NCBI RefSeq assembly: GCF_001194135.2
Contig: NC_068993.1
Span: 56,907,741-56,971,740, forward strand
Length of the DNA: 64,000 nucleotides
Source of the DNA: Octopus bimaculoides
Lineage: Eukaryota
Direction of reading: 5' to 3'
Positions 39,372-53,850 of this stretch are shown in pieces. Position 1 is the stretch's first letter; every line of letters starts with the position of its first letter. The translations under genes were made by a program, and so were the position numbers. Below the pieces are notes generated by a model, which was not told the origin of the DNA, ran no database searches, and saw only the letters and a program-made list of their open reading frames with translations.

Positions 39372-39582
39372 CATTTCTACTGTAGGCATGAAGCCTGAGA
39401 TTTGAAGGCAGGGGGAAAGTCGATTACATCGATCTCAGTACATAACAGGTACTTATTTTATCGACCCCGAAAAGATGAAAGGCAAAGTCGACTTCAGCGG
39501 AATTTGAACTCAGAACGTGAAAACAGGCGAAATGCTACTAATCATTCGTCCGGCATGCTAACTGTTCTGCCAGATCGCCGCC
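39372..39582 (-). mobile_element. SINE family B, full length
   Basis: Head ends 'ctgccagatcgccgcc'; tail abuts (TAA)n. Confidence 0.9.
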
Positions 39583-39670
39583 CCAACAACAAGAACAAGA
39601 AGAACAAGAACAAGAACAACAGCAACAACAACAACAACAGCAATGATGAAGATGTTGATAATGGTGATAT

Positions 39671-39738
39671 GGCGGCGAGCTGGCAGAATCGTTAGCACGC
39701 CGGGCGAAATGCTTAGCGGTATTTCGTCTGCCTTTACG
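39671..39738 (+). mobile_element. SINE family B, head only
   Basis: GGCGGCGAGCTGGCAGAATCGTTAGCACGCCGGGCGAAATGCTTAGCGGTATTTCG. Confidence 0.9.
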
Positions 39739-40111
39739 TGTGTGCGTGCGTGTGTGCATGCGTATAATTCGAAATGTTAATAAGATAGATTCAATATGCG
39801 TTATTGCACACATCGCTACAGCTGTTTCAACAAATCACTACCAGTTACATATTGCTGAATGTTAAATATAAATAAACCGCTTAGCTAATCGCTACTGCTC
39901 CATATCCCCAGCTGAAGAATTTCATCGTGTAAGTACGGACTATAAAATCTGTGGAACAGATTCATTTTGAAACAGCTGTAACAGAATATCACTACATCAT
40001 TACTTCTTTGCGTTTGTAGATTTCAACATTCATTTTTAAAATATGCATAAATGTCATAACTTAACCGTATAGCAGTTCTTTGCCTGTATATACTCTTCTA
40101 CAATTACACTA

Positions 40112-40114
<3 letters not shown>

Positions 40115-40200
<86 letters not shown>
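40115..40200. repeat. (TA)n microsatellite
   Basis: Direct read of the sequence. Confidence 0.95.
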
Positions 40201-40203
<3 letters not shown>

Positions 40204-41779
40204 TCATACATACATACAGACATACATATATATATAAATATATATATATATATTCATTTATTCAGTCTCTTCTCTTATAGATGTGTATATGTACGTATCT
40301 ATATATGTACTTATTCATATATATAAGCATATATATGTATATACACAGACATATACGCGCACATACACGTATATATATATATTTTCATCTATACCTCTCG
40401 ATATATACTTATATTTGAACATAATAAAAGTTAACGTATATTCTACAAATAAGAGTGGAACACAACTTCATACATATTTTAGAAAAATACACATTGCGTT
40501 CGAAATCATTGATTTTCAGAACGATAATATAATAATATATAACTTGACGTAAACTTAACGGCATCTGAAAAATATATTATATTTTCTCTTTGAAATTAAA
40601 TATATTCTATTTAATTGAGCACTCTGGCAAACTATCAAACCACTCTTTTAGAAAATTTTCTTCTATAGTTTTAGATTTGATTTGTATTTAGCTTGTGTAA
40701 AATTTGAGATTTGGTTTTGATGTGTTTGTATGTGTAATAGAGTGATGACTCTTAAAATTCGTTCTGCGGTGCTTGGCCTGTCTTTTCTCTCCGTCCTAAC
40801 GTCAAGTTTTTGAAAAAAAATTTCACAACCATCATTGTCGTAGTATTAATGACGTTTAAAAAAGCTTGATACCTTTTTTCATAAGTATCTAAGAGATAAT
40901 TAGATAAAAGATGACAGTACGTTTATTTGTTCATTTCATATAGATTCTTAATCTTATCAGATTTAACAAAAATAATGTGGCTATATTTTAACAGTTAAAC
41001 ATTCTTTCGTACTTTGTTTTGAAAAGAATCAATGTATTTATTGAATTTAATATTACTTGATAGTAAAAAAAATATCCTATTTGAGAAGTTGCAGTAAAAT
41101 AGTTGGGGGAGGGCGTTTCATATTTTGAACCCATGGTTTCTTTTTTTTTTCTGTTGTGCTTTTAGTCATTTTTGTTTTATTGTTTTTTTATTCTGAAAAA
41201 TAAATTTTCCATTTATTTCTTCTTTGAAATATTTTGATTTCTGTTGTAAAATGCCATTTTCCGTATATTTCGCTACAAATATTGGTAGAGGATAGTCTTC
41301 GTATGATCGAGAACATTAAATTCCGGAGATACATTAATTCTATCCGAAACCCACTACAAAACAAAATTCAACTCTTAAAAAATATTATTAACATTTTGTT
41401 GAATCTGATAAGGCTGCGAATCTATACGGTGATAAAAAATAAACATGCCACCATCTTTTATCTAATTCTATCACAAATACCTATAAAAACTTAACATGCT
41501 GCTTTAAATGATATTACTACTACCACTAAATATGTTCGCTGGGAAATTAAATATAGAGAATAGAATAAATACCATGGGTGCACAAAGTCCGTACTATACA
41601 CTTAAAATCTACGATCTGAAACCTAACGATAGCTTGCTTATTAAACTCTAAAACAATCATAAACATATCTAGGCACATCAGTAAAAAAATTTAAATACTT
41701 CACAACCAAAAACTAAGTCGAATCCATCCTTTCAAAACAATACTAATGTTCTCTTATAACACTTCCTTTCCCGTTACTC

Positions 41780-41905
41780 CAATCCACTAAACTGGCAAAA
41801 AATGAGTATTCCTCCGACAGACAGGTCTTCCGTTGAAAGAGTGAATATAGACGCCACAGATTCGGGAAACCGGCCTTATGAACCTAGGGCCCGGAAATGA
41901 CGTGT
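41780..41905 (+). mobile_element. SINE D/E group, 3' fragment
   Basis: 'tccactaaactggcaaaaaatgag..gggaaaccggccttatgaaccta'. Confidence 0.55.
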
Positions 41906-42747
41906 GATCCTTACTTTTTTTAAAATGCTCTCTTAATATGATTTCAGTAACATCCAATTTAAGTGCAATATTATTTTTTTAGTATGATATTAAGTATTAA
42001 GTATTATAAACTATGTTGCAATCCATTCTAATAATCCCTCTACGCATTGCGAATATGTTACATCTATTCTACTATAATTCAAATTGGTTTAGCGTCTTTG
42101 AACTTGAGGGGAAACACAATAGCTTTGAGGAAAGTTAATGTTATTCTAAAACTATGAAGATTGTTAGAGCTGTATAAATACTTCTTATTTCTTTCAGAGA
42201 GTCTTTATACAAGAAGAATATCCACGTATTATTAAAAAAAGAATACAGAACAAAAATCTAGTCATGGTGATTATGAAACTAAAATTTATTGAAGTCACAC
42301 TGAATTCACAAAATTCTTTATACTGACACTTTTTGGAACGTACTTCAAAATCTGCATATATATGCAATTTATTCTAATCAACCCAAGATGACACGATTAA
42401 CAATGTATCCTTATGTCTATCCGCTAATTTGTTGAATGAATACGTTATATTTATATAGCATGTTCTTAACATGAAACCCTGAGAGAATTCGGATAACATG
42501 ACAGTATGAAGTATATCCACAATATGATATTAACCCCAAATAAAATGACTTAAGTCGTATATATATGATATAATATATCGTGGCACAGCAGATCTTTAAA
42601 TTAGAGCTACAATTTATCCGACCGGCTTTAATACAATTTACATCAATCCTACTCCGGTTTGCTCGTAGTTATGTCAAAAGACAATACCTCTTGTTGCCAC
42701 ACAATATCATTAAATTTCATTCTTATAAAGCTAAATTCTCAAATATC

Positions 42748-42806
42748 TATCCCCAAAATAGTGTACTGTATCCCCAAAATAGTGTACTGTATCCCCAAAA
42801 TAGTGT
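42748..42806. repeat. 21-bp minisatellite (TATCCCCAAAATAGTGTACTG), about 2.8 copies
   Basis: Direct read of the sequence. Confidence 0.9.
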
Positions 42807-43065
42807 CAGTATCAATTGTACAAATATTTCCTGTACAACATATACATAGAGGTAACGGAAAAGGCCTTTAAAGTTTCTATAACAGACATTTCCATCTTTT
42901 CGCACTCGTAATTGAAAAATAGATATATGCGATTGTTGAACTTCATCTAGTCCTTAAAACATTGTAACGCATGTTATATAAGTTGAAAAAAAGGTTTTCT
43001 TTCGTTTAAACAGTAATGTAGTCACCAAAAACCTCATCACGTTGTACAGATAAACCTAACGGATA

Positions 43066-43481
43066 AACCTTTCTCTTACATACATTTGATCAACAATCGT
43101 TTCGAATTTATTTATTTCTGTTTGTACAGACAAGGTGTTCAGAAGCATTAAATATTTTCAACCGATTTTATTTCCAAGTAAACAATTCACAAATCAAGTA
43201 ACAAGTTGACAGTAAATATCGCCCATATGCTCTTTACTCTTTATCAAAGGTCACACAAATATATAACATATACCAATCTCTCTTAACTCTCAACGCTGAA
43301 ATAAAAGCTTTCCAAATATTAATTTCAGTTTACAAATCACCAATACATTGCGATTATAGTACATCACATTTTCTATCAACTAGTTTGGAATATATCATCA
43401 TTTTACATATTTAGAATGTCCTTTTCCAGAAATAAATAAATTCGAAACAATTGTTGATCAAATGTATGTAAGAGAAAGGTT
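43066..43481. repeat. 55-bp inverted repeats enclosing a 306-bp AT-rich spacer (MITE-like)
   Basis: 43066-43120 is the reverse complement of 43427-43481 with 1 mismatch. Confidence 0.9.
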
Positions 43482-44190
43482 ATCATATTTGTAAATCTTT
43501 AAAAATTTTAGCACAACTAAGTATATGAGCATGATCAACANNNNNNNNNNNNNNNNNNNNNNNNNNNNNNNNNNNNNNNNNNNNNNNNNNNNNNNNNNNN
43601 NNNNNNNNNNNNNNNNNNNNNNNNNNNNNNNNNNNNNNNNNNNNNNNNNNNNNNNNNNNNNNNNNNNNNNNNNNNNNNNNNNNNNNNNNNNNNNNNNNNN
43701 NNATATAATATAATATAAATAATGTAATATAAATATATGGTGTGTGTGTGTGTGTGTGTAGTTAATTCAAATAAAGGAATAATGAAATTAACAACAACAG
43801 ACAACAAGTGGTCATGCACACGGAATGTATTACTTTGATGCTCAGTGAAAGGAGAGAGTGTTTGGACGTTTCGAGCATAGCGGTTTTCAAGCAAAATTGT
43901 GAGGTTAATTCGTGTTCATGTTTGGTTAATATCACAAAACAAGTGAAGAAAAATACCTAAATGATAAATATGGCAACCGAAACCAGCTGAAGATGACAAT
44001 GGTTGACAAGGGGCAGCAGACGGAACCATTCGCTGTTCTACTCAGCCGAAGTGTGAAACTCTTTTGACGCTGAGATACTTGCTGAAAATTCGAAAAGGTT
44101 TGCAATACTTTTAGTTCTCATCAGGAGAAGAGCATGTAACATTTGTAAGGAACACCTTCAGTTTCTGCGGCCTACAAAGCATTTCTGATG

Positions 44191-44245
44191 TTTATTTCAC
44201 TCTTATGAGGGAGACGTTTATTTCACTCTTATGAGGGAGACGTTT
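44191..44245. repeat. Tandem duplication of about 26 bp (TTTATTTCACTCTTATGAGGGAGACG x2)
   Basis: Direct read of the sequence. Confidence 0.85.
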
Positions 44246-45215
44246 TGCATTTGAAACAAGGAACACGGAATAGTTCAAATAATTTTACACTCAATACCTT
44301 ATTATATTGTAATGAAATTAATATTCTTACAGCTATAAAATTCAGGCAGCTTAACAATTATATGTCTTTTATTCGAATCAAGATTACAACCTTATCGTTT
44401 AATATATATTTTCTCGAGAATTGTTATTCTTTTGCTTTCCATATCAGTCTTTTAAATATACGAACGAGATTTGATTAGCTTAAAGACATTTTGATGACCA
44501 TTAAACTCATTTCGCCAAATACAAGGTATTTTTCCTCATCTAAACATTCTAACCAAGTTGTTTCTTTATAATCATCAGTGTTATAAAATGTTATTACAGG
44601 AATTAACACATAACTTTCATGTGATACTATTTACAATATGTTTTCATGTTATAAAAATTATACAAATTATAGGATAATAATTTCCCTTCATACTGCTATT
44701 AGCAACCATTTCCAACTTCTTGTGAGTAATTCACACATTCTTATGCTATATATTAAATATTTTCTCCTCGATAAATAAGGTTTTTAACCGCGAAAAATCA
44801 ATATTCATCTTAGATACACACACGCAATTATAAGGTTACTTTTTATTCACCATAACCTAACAGGGATTTCAATTTTGAAGTAGATTCTAACATTATAATA
44901 ACTTAAACAAGAAAAACACCCATCCTTTAATGCTAATACTCGCACGCTAACAAACGTATCGGATATTTACATATTACTACAGCAACCAGCCAACCCCATT
45001 TACCCTGCACCTCTGTTAAGTACCACAAATAGTACTCATCTAGACACATCTAACAGATGTCTTCATTATTAATTATTTAGATGCTCTGCTTTTAACTAAT
45101 CATTATATATGCAATATATTTCTTCAAACACTGTTTGAGAAGATTGTTCCAGACGGACCTTTAAGATCACAGAAAGGATTTTACACACACACACACACAC
45201 ACAGAGATGTATATA

Positions 45216-45265
<50 letters not shown>

Positions 45266-45650
45266 NNNNNNNNNNNNNNNNNNNNNNNNNNNNNNNNNNN
45301 NNNNNNNNNNNNNNNNNNNNNNNNNNNNNNNNNNNNNNNNNNNNNNNNNNNNNNNNNNNNNNNNNNNNNNNNNNNNNNNNNNNNNNNNNNNNNNNNNNNN
45401 NNNNNNNNNNNNNNNNNNNNNNNNNNNNNNNNNNNNNNNNNNNNNNNNNNNNNNNNNNNNNNNNNNNNNNNNNNNNNNNNNNNNNNNNNNNNNNNNNNNN
45501 NNNNNNNNNNNNNNNNNNNNNNTATATATGTGTGTGTGTGTGTGTGTGTACGTGTATGTATATATATCCATATATACATACACATTTACGCACATATACA
45601 CGTACACTTACTCGTATAAAACAAAATCGGACTATGAAGTTTAATTGATT

Positions 45651-45710
<60 letters not shown>

Positions 45711-46095
45711 AAACATTCACACTCACACATTCACACTTGCACACACACACTCACACGCGCGCGCACATCTTAAATTACTGGTTTTTCGACAGCATTTACT
45801 TTTCCATAACGTTCTCTAGAATGTCTTTATAGCTGTATTTTGACAACACTCTGTGTTAGGAGGATTGTAAACAAATCGTCTGCAGACTATGAGTGTACGA
45901 ACATAAAACGAACAGTTATGAATATATTTCGAGTCTTCTGAAAATCTTTGTCAGCAGCTGTGCACCTCCTCTGAATAACCACACAATATAATCGTCTAAG
46001 ATTAGAGAGTATACGACCAATGCGTCCAGACAAATTATTTACAATGTTTGTAATACTGTTAATGGTGAAGTAATCATGAATATATTTTGTAGTGC

Positions 46096-46128
<33 letters not shown>

Positions 46129-46559
46129 TCTTTTATTCTTTTATCTGTTTCAACACACGATTTCAGATCAGAAATTTTGCAAAACGAATTGATAAGCGTA
46201 TATATATGCATATATATCATAATAATATTCTATTTTCCGATTTGAAGCGACAATTTTTAAATACAAACAAATGACCGAAAAATAAAGAGCTTACCTGAGG
46301 CAGAATCGAACAGAAATTGATGGGTGAGCGTTTGACCAGTAGGATGTGCAAGGAACCGTATAAGCGTTGATTTGTGGGTTTAATTCTGCTTGCGGTTAGC
46401 TCATCATGTTTCGGTCATTTGTTTTATATTTAAAAATTGTCGCATCAAATCGGAGAATATATATTATTATGAAACACTGTTATACAGTTATTATTATGCT
46501 TCGTCCATAGTAGCTTCTTCTTCGTAACTTACAAAGCCTTTCGGGCTTGTTTATAAATG

Positions 46560-46606
<47 letters not shown>

Positions 46607-47070
46607 CAACGTTGAGCATAATTATGGGGCACATATAAAAAAATAGAGAATATGATTGAAACACATTCACATTATTGCAAAAGAATATAATAACCATTCT
46701 TGAGTGTATCTCATCAATAATTAGTATTCTCTGTTTTCGTTTTGCTTTTATAACTTCTTTAATGCGTTTTTACATATTTTGCATAAGTTTTGCGGGCAAT
46801 TTTCTGCCATTCAATGTGTGATACTAAATTTTTTTCCTAATTTTTTCAGTGAATATCTCATTGTTAACTTACCAGTGGTTAATCTTTGTTGAAATTGTCG
46901 CCGAAGAAACAGATTTCCGAAGCTTAAAGGGCTCAAATCATTGAGTTGTTCAGAGAGGGATTATCCCAGTTCAAAATTGCAAGGAAATTGACATGGTCAA
47001 GAAACGGTGCCTACACAACCAGCGAAAGGTGCAATAAGACCAATTCTTTCAAAAATCGATGTTTAGAAAT
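46607..47070 (+). mobile_element. Tc1-like transposon 5' remnant
   Basis: TA|CAACGTTGAGCATAATTATGGGGCAC is a TIR-like start. From 46895 the frame reads LSPKKQISEA*RAQIIELFREGLSQFKIARKLTWSRN..KTNSFKNR, resembling a Tc1 N-terminal HTH. Confidence 0.6.
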
Positions 47071-47074
47071 TAGT

Positions 47075-47331
47075 CTTATAGAAGCTTCTTTCAAAATTCC
47101 TATTTTGGTTTTTCCCACATTAACTAGTGTAGGTCGAACAATGTAAAATATTAGGGAAAGAAATGGAGATGCATCTTGCAATACATAGCAATACATACAA
47201 CTAAAACAAACATTTTCAGGGGTTCCTAAAGTACTATTGTGAATCTCCAGTTTACTATCTGGTTGTGTGGACCTGGCGAAAATCTTATATGCACCCTGAG
47301 GGTCCGTAAGGAACCCAGTTGAGGAGCACTG
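47075..47331. mobile_element. hAT (Charlie-like) non-autonomous element, one end only
   Basis: Ends '..cccagttgaggagcactg|atatagac' and shares 'ttctttcaaaattcctattttg..gaacaatgtaaaa' with 53851-54224. Confidence 0.65.
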
Positions 47332-47849
47332 ATATAGACAATGATGTGTGAAAGCTCACTGTCTTGAAGTTGAGCAAAGCACGAACAAATATATTTTAAC
47401 CAAGCCTCTTACACACATACACACTCATACACATATGAATAAATACTTACATATAAGTAAATACTTACATATACATATAAATACACACATGCTTAGGCAC
47501 ACTCTCTCACACAAATGCATACACTATCGCACATACACTTTTTCACTTTCACATACCACACACTCATACATACATTTCTGTGTGTTTGCGCGTGTGTTCA
47601 TGTCTGTTTATGTATGTTTGTATCTAAGTTTAAGCTTCTCTATGTATGTATGTCTCTTCTATTTTTAATTATTATAAATCTTCCACTGAGCAGAGAGCCG
47701 GTTTGTATGTATGTTTGATATATGTATGTATTTTTGTATATATATTTATATATATATATATATATATCTGTAACTTGTATGCCTTTGTAGACTTGTACAT
47801 ATCAAATTGCGTTAATTACTGTGGATAATTATTCTATGCATTGTATTAT

Positions 47850-48450
47850 TATCTCGAGTTCAATCTCTTTTTATTAGCCCCTTTATCGCCAATTGCTTGG
47901 ACTTTAAGTTTCTTTCTAGTCTTATTTGCATACACGCAAAGTTAATTAAACCCCTTTAATCACTTATTGACTTTTTATAAACATTACCTCTATCAGTTAA
48001 ATTATTCCGGTCTATTTAGGCATTCTCTTTCAACATTAAATGTCATTTAAAATAGGTCATTGCACGAAAGTACAATAATGTAACACGTCTCTTTAAACTT
48101 TATTGCTATTATGTCTCCGCAGGCACTTGAACCAACCGCTAACCTTTCTGAAGCTATTATCTATTTTATTTATTATATGATTTTATTTATACATTCCATT
48201 ACTTGGTATTTTCCTATAAAATATAGCTCTCATTCTCTTACTTTGAGTAAGACACCCGCTGTTATGATTAGTTATACTGTTTCAATTTCTCTCTATCATA
48301 TATGGCCGTCTTTATCTTCCAAATCACCAATTTCAATTTTACCCGTACATGAAGCCAGAATATCGTTCAAACCCCGCGCGTTTAGATTCGTACACTGTAA
48401 TCCATCCTCCATAATACACAAAAACTCATCATTGTGACATCTTCTTCTCT
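47850..48450 (-). mobile_element. Degenerate R4/Dong-like LINE remnant
   Basis: Minus frames give MEDGLQCT.., DLEDKDGHI, ECINKII and NKTRKKL..KKRLN, in the same order as the motifs of the 30.4-31.6 kb copy. Many stops. Confidence 0.4.
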
Positions 48451-49206
48451 ATTTCACCTTCATATATTCATAAAAGCAGGCGAATATCTCAGTAAGCACG
48501 TCATGTAAAAAGCTCATCTAACACAACGTCTAATCAAGATTATAGTAATCCTTATATAATGTCAATAATGTGTGACAGGAGAAACTGTAAATCCGAAGTT
48601 TGTTACTAATTAGAAATTTTCTTGTATTAATCATATAATATATCAATCAGTAAGGAAATATCGAATATAAAGAGAATTTTCAAAAGATATTTTATTCGCT
48701 TACATACATTTCAAATGAATGGGTGAACTGCATCCGTGATATATATCGTAGTATGCAAGACAATGTTGTTTGTAATCAATCCATTGACTATCGATCAATC
48801 AAACAATTTCTGGACTATTTATCTTCTAAATCATTCTCATCACAGAATGTCCAGTATCTATAAATATGCAAGCCACAATGCATATAGATATATAAGCTTT
48901 TACTTTTACGCATAAGGTGGAGAGGTACGGTTGGCGGGGTATTTCCGTGTGCACATTTGATTGACAGTGTCATCTCATGTCTATGTAATATGCATACCTA
49001 TGAACACAGAAAATATTCCAACCACGAACGAAAAGTAGTAGCAGTAGCAGTAGTAGTAGTATAGAATATATAATGGCATTTTCTTTAGAGAATTAAGAGT
49101 ACATAGGAGTTCAAAACACATATGATACTACCATGTCAGTAAAGACGCACGGACAGGACAGAAGTAGACGCACACATACACACAAGCACACACAGACACA
49201 CACTCA

Positions 49207-49250
<44 letters not shown>

Positions 49251-49304
49251 AAAACACACACTTATATACGTACCCATGAATCATTTAAAAACTACATTAT
49301 TTCA

Positions 49305-49354
<50 letters not shown>

Positions 49355-52300
49355 AACATGTGTGTGCATGCATGTGTGTATGTGGTGCGTCTGTGTGTAT
49401 GTATATATATATATTTATATATGTATATATATGTGTGTGTGTGTGTATTCTAAATAGATTTACATTTACACTGACCAGATACGCAAATCGGATATTATGC
49501 TACCTAACGTTGATCGCTGGTTGACACAGCCTGGCCTCTACAAATGTACCAGTAAATTGCCTTCTAGTTATTTCTATGCTGACGCCATCCCACCCCTCGT
49601 TCGAAGAAGCTTTAAATGTAATTTCAAGCAGAAAAGTCGGGTTTCATCTAGAATCAGATTAAGTGATGTTAGCTCTGAAAATCAGTATAAAAATTCTCTA
49701 GAGTTGTTTTAGACTGTAGAGATATTTGCTAAATCAATTACTCCTTCTGTATGTTTTCAGTTTAATTGTAAGTTGTATTCACATTAATATAGGTACGGAT
49801 GTCTGTTTGTATTTATATGTTATGTTTATACATATTGATATANNNNNNNNNNATATATATATATATACACATATATATATACACATACATATATATATAT
49901 ATGTGTGTGTGTATATATAAATATATATATATACATATATGTGTGTATACATACACACACGCACACTCACTCATATTCCCCCTACAAACTTATATACATA
50001 CTTATATACTAAATCGTACTCTTGATTAGGTCATTGAGTACCCAAACGCAAGCGTAATTAAATCATTACGCCTTTAAATGCCCGCACGCACTGAGAACAG
50101 TAAACATACAGTCATTATAAAAGTACAGTTTTATTTCACTCACACTCTCTGCTTCTCTTTTCTCTCTCTCTCTCCACACACACACTCAAAGTCACATTTA
50201 TAACCACAGGCGTGCGCGCCCACACACGCACACAGACGCATAACTGTACAACAGTGTAGGCAAAACAACCGGGTGTAGTTATACAATGCTAGTCACAATG
50301 CACTTCCAATACCTTCTTCATTGCGCCATTCCATTCCATTCGATTCCATTCTTTCTTGGACCAAATAGTTTAACGAAAGCAGTTTCACATCGACGTTGAA
50401 TCTTGTGAGTGGCTCTCTCCGAACTCATGGATAACACCCGACAACCTCATGGCTTCAACTGTTGTCCGTGAACCGTGCGGTATATTCGTTTACTGAACAT
50501 GATGAAGATTCGAATATAATGTCAAAATAACGTCCAAACAATGTCAACGTAATGTCCAAATAATGTCAAACTAGCTACAAACTCTCACAAATATTCAAAA
50601 ATGTATTCACATTACTCATATTCAAAATGTAAAGGGTTAATTGGTTCAAATAACATATATTAATTTGTTATTCAGTGGCCTTAATTGTTCAATAAATAAT
50701 TTAAGTGTATTTCAAGGAAACTACCGTTACGTATACACCTACATATCAATGTTCTCGTGCATACACACACATAAGTATATTGTATTTAATGTATTAATAT
50801 CTATCTTATTTTCAATAGAAGAAATATATTTCAAGTGTAGGGAAAAATATTAAGCTCAATGTAATTTCAATAATGTCCCCTCTTCCACCTTTAATACACA
50901 CATTTCGAGCTAGGGCATCTTGAGCAGATTCAGTGGTGAAACTTGATATAGCTCTAACCGGAAATACCTTTAAAGGTAGCATTCTCATCATGTATACTCT
51001 TTTTGGCACTCAGAAAGACAGAAGACAAATTCGAAGTCTCAGTAGTTTTGTAATCTAAAAGTGAAGAATGTCGATAACATAAATATACGCTGTTAAATCA
51101 TCGAAACTTCCAATTCACAACATAAATAGAATAAAGATATGTTTACTTCATTTTCTTAGAAATTTAACATTTTAACATAGGCATTTGATATGCTGAACAG
51201 GAAATCGGAATTAATTTCCAAATGCGAATACGAAAATAATATCTCCTGAGACATTTTCAATTACCTACAGGGTAATAAGGTAGCTTTTAAAAATAGTAAT
51301 ATACTTTAACGAAGTGTGTTTTTTTACATGTTTTTCTAAACATTGTTATATTTCTCATGAATGTTCCGCAAACGTATGTGTATATATATGTACAGACGGC
51401 ATACATGGTGTTATCAATGCATAGGTTGCTGTCAGCATTCTCAAGTTTATTCCTTTTTATTTTAGTCTATGCATACCTGAGTGTGGTCGCATACGTGTGC
51501 ATATGGGTATCTATACATGTATGTATTGAAGGGAGATGTATGTATATCAAAATAAAATTATTATAGTTTTCTTTTATTTATCATATATTTATGTATCTCG
51601 TATTCCGTCATGAGTTAGAACATTTTTATACTTGATTATTTTCAAGATTCCTTACGCTAAAAATATAAATTCGAATAAAAATATAAATCCGAGAGTGAGA
51701 AACGAATGCCTGAAATTCGCTTATGCATACAAATACGTACAAAATTCTAGCCGTAGTTTTTAGCAAATTATATATTTAAAAAGTCTAATAACTGAAAAGT
51801 AACAAAATAAATGAAAAATTTAAAAAATCAGAAAAAATTAAGTATTAAACTGCACAAAAAATAGATTCCTTGCTTAGGAAGGTAATATACTTACTCTCAG
51901 CAAAATGACAGTCACGGACATAGTTCAATATTTGTTAGACCATATCAGTCAAACATATTCTTCACGAATTTTCTTCATCAGGAGAGAATGACGATGCATA
52001 CAACAAAATTGTTAAAAGTAATTGTAGAAAGTATAGTTGGTTAATTGTAAAGGAAGACCAAAGAAAATAGCTTAAGTTAGACGATACGAAGAATTTAGAT
52101 GAAAAACTAAGAAATTCTCTGTGGGAATTAATATGCTTCTTAGAAGGGGCAGGTAACCCAAAATTTGGCTCTAATATGTTTTTGTCTTTTCAATCATTTT
52201 ATGTTCCAATTTCACTTGATCGCTCATCACTTATACTAACATTCTCATAATGATTTCATAATGGAAACAGAGCAGAGAGGGGGACTAGTCTCATCGAAGA

Positions 52301-52699
52301 CGATAGGTTATAATATTTAGTTATGTTCCACTTCTTAGAAATACTCCTCTTTACTCAAAACTAGGAATTTTGATAGTCTGTTGTATGAATGTTGAGTTTC
52401 GCTCTATATTTTTATATATATGAGAGACCGTACATATATTCAGAGATTATTTCAACGAACATATATTTCTATACATTTATGAAAATACGTGAAAAAGGGT
52501 TTTGCTAAAATAAATCAATATGCACGAAAAACTTAAATAATACATGTTTGTATCAATGGATATTTAAGCAATAGAAGATTACCAAGATAACTACACACGT
52601 CAACAATTTCTTCCTATCTGCTTTTCCTTATATTTACACCTAAACCGAAACTTTTCTACCTTTCTTGTACTGTCTCTGTGGTTCTGCTTCAACCCTACT

Positions 52700-53090
52700 C
52701 TTCTCTCGATACACACTGTTGCTGTGTTTTATAAGAAACGTTGCTGCATTTTATACCAGAACAATGTCTGTTTGGAGGTCACGGTAGTTATAGCTATTCG
52801 CCCCCTATTTTGTTTCCAGTCAGAACACCATTTATTCCGTCATTTCCCCACATCTTTAGCAGTTCCCTTGGCCGCCTGGTTTTTCTCTTTCGGACTTCAG
52901 TGAACTTCGTATCATCCAGGAGTTTCAGTATTTCTTGATGATGAACTTCAAGTCTCCTATTTAGCTTTACGCTGACTCGTTTCGCTGTTCGCTTTGGTTT
53001 CTTCTTTCATCCAGATCTATTTTGTTCTCACCGATGGTTTCCACTTTCTCACAGGTTCTTTCCTTCTTACCATAACCGCGAAACGGAGAG
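52700..53090 (-). mobile_element. Possible very old R4-like LINE C-terminal remnant
   Basis: Fragments IWMKEETKA, RCGEMTE and LQTDIVLV resemble the R4 'WL..ETE', zinc-knuckle and 'QTD..PDIV' segments. Weak. Confidence 0.25.
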
Positions 53091-53475
53091 AGAAAATCAC
53101 CCCTCCTCCTCCTCCTCCTCCTCCTCCTCCTCCTCNNNNNNNNNNNNNNNNNNNNNNNNNNNNNNNNNNNNNNNNNNNNNNNNNNNNNNNNNNNNNNNNN
53201 NNNNNNNNNNNNNNNNNNNNNNNNNNNNNNNNNNNNNNNNNNNNNNNNNNNNNNNNNNNNNNNNNNNNNNNNNNNNNNNNNNNNNNNNNNNNNNNNNNNN
53301 NNNNNNNNNNNNNNNNNNNNNNNNNNNNNNNNNNNNNNNNNNNNNNNNNNNNNNNNNNNNNNNNNNNNNNNTTCAACTTATTTGGAGCTACCCCACTTTT
53401 TTTAAAACAAAGTGTACTTGTAAAATATTAAGTTTTTGTGGAACTCTGACATTGACGACCGCATGCTTCAATACG

Positions 53476-53476
53476 A

Positions 53477-53567
<91 letters not shown>

Positions 53568-53578
53568 GCTGCTGCTGT
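53476..53578. repeat. Compound (CTA)n-(CTG)n microsatellite
   Basis: Direct read of the sequence. Confidence 0.95.
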
Positions 53579-53850
53579 TATTGTTGCTACCATTTCGCCG
53601 CGTCTGTATTTTGCAATTCAGGTACAGCGCCAGTACATATTTAAGGGGAGAATGTTAGTCGCTACCACGGGCTTCACTACTTGAGATGGTACTCTTTTTT
53701 TTCATCCCAGACTTGAAAAGATGAAAGACATGGTTCACATCGGCGTCTATTGAATATTGAAACCGAAATAAAATCCGTTTTAAACAATACTTCTGACATT
53801 CCAATGGCTCTGCTGATCTAACTCCTAATGTTGAAAATAATGACCTTGAC

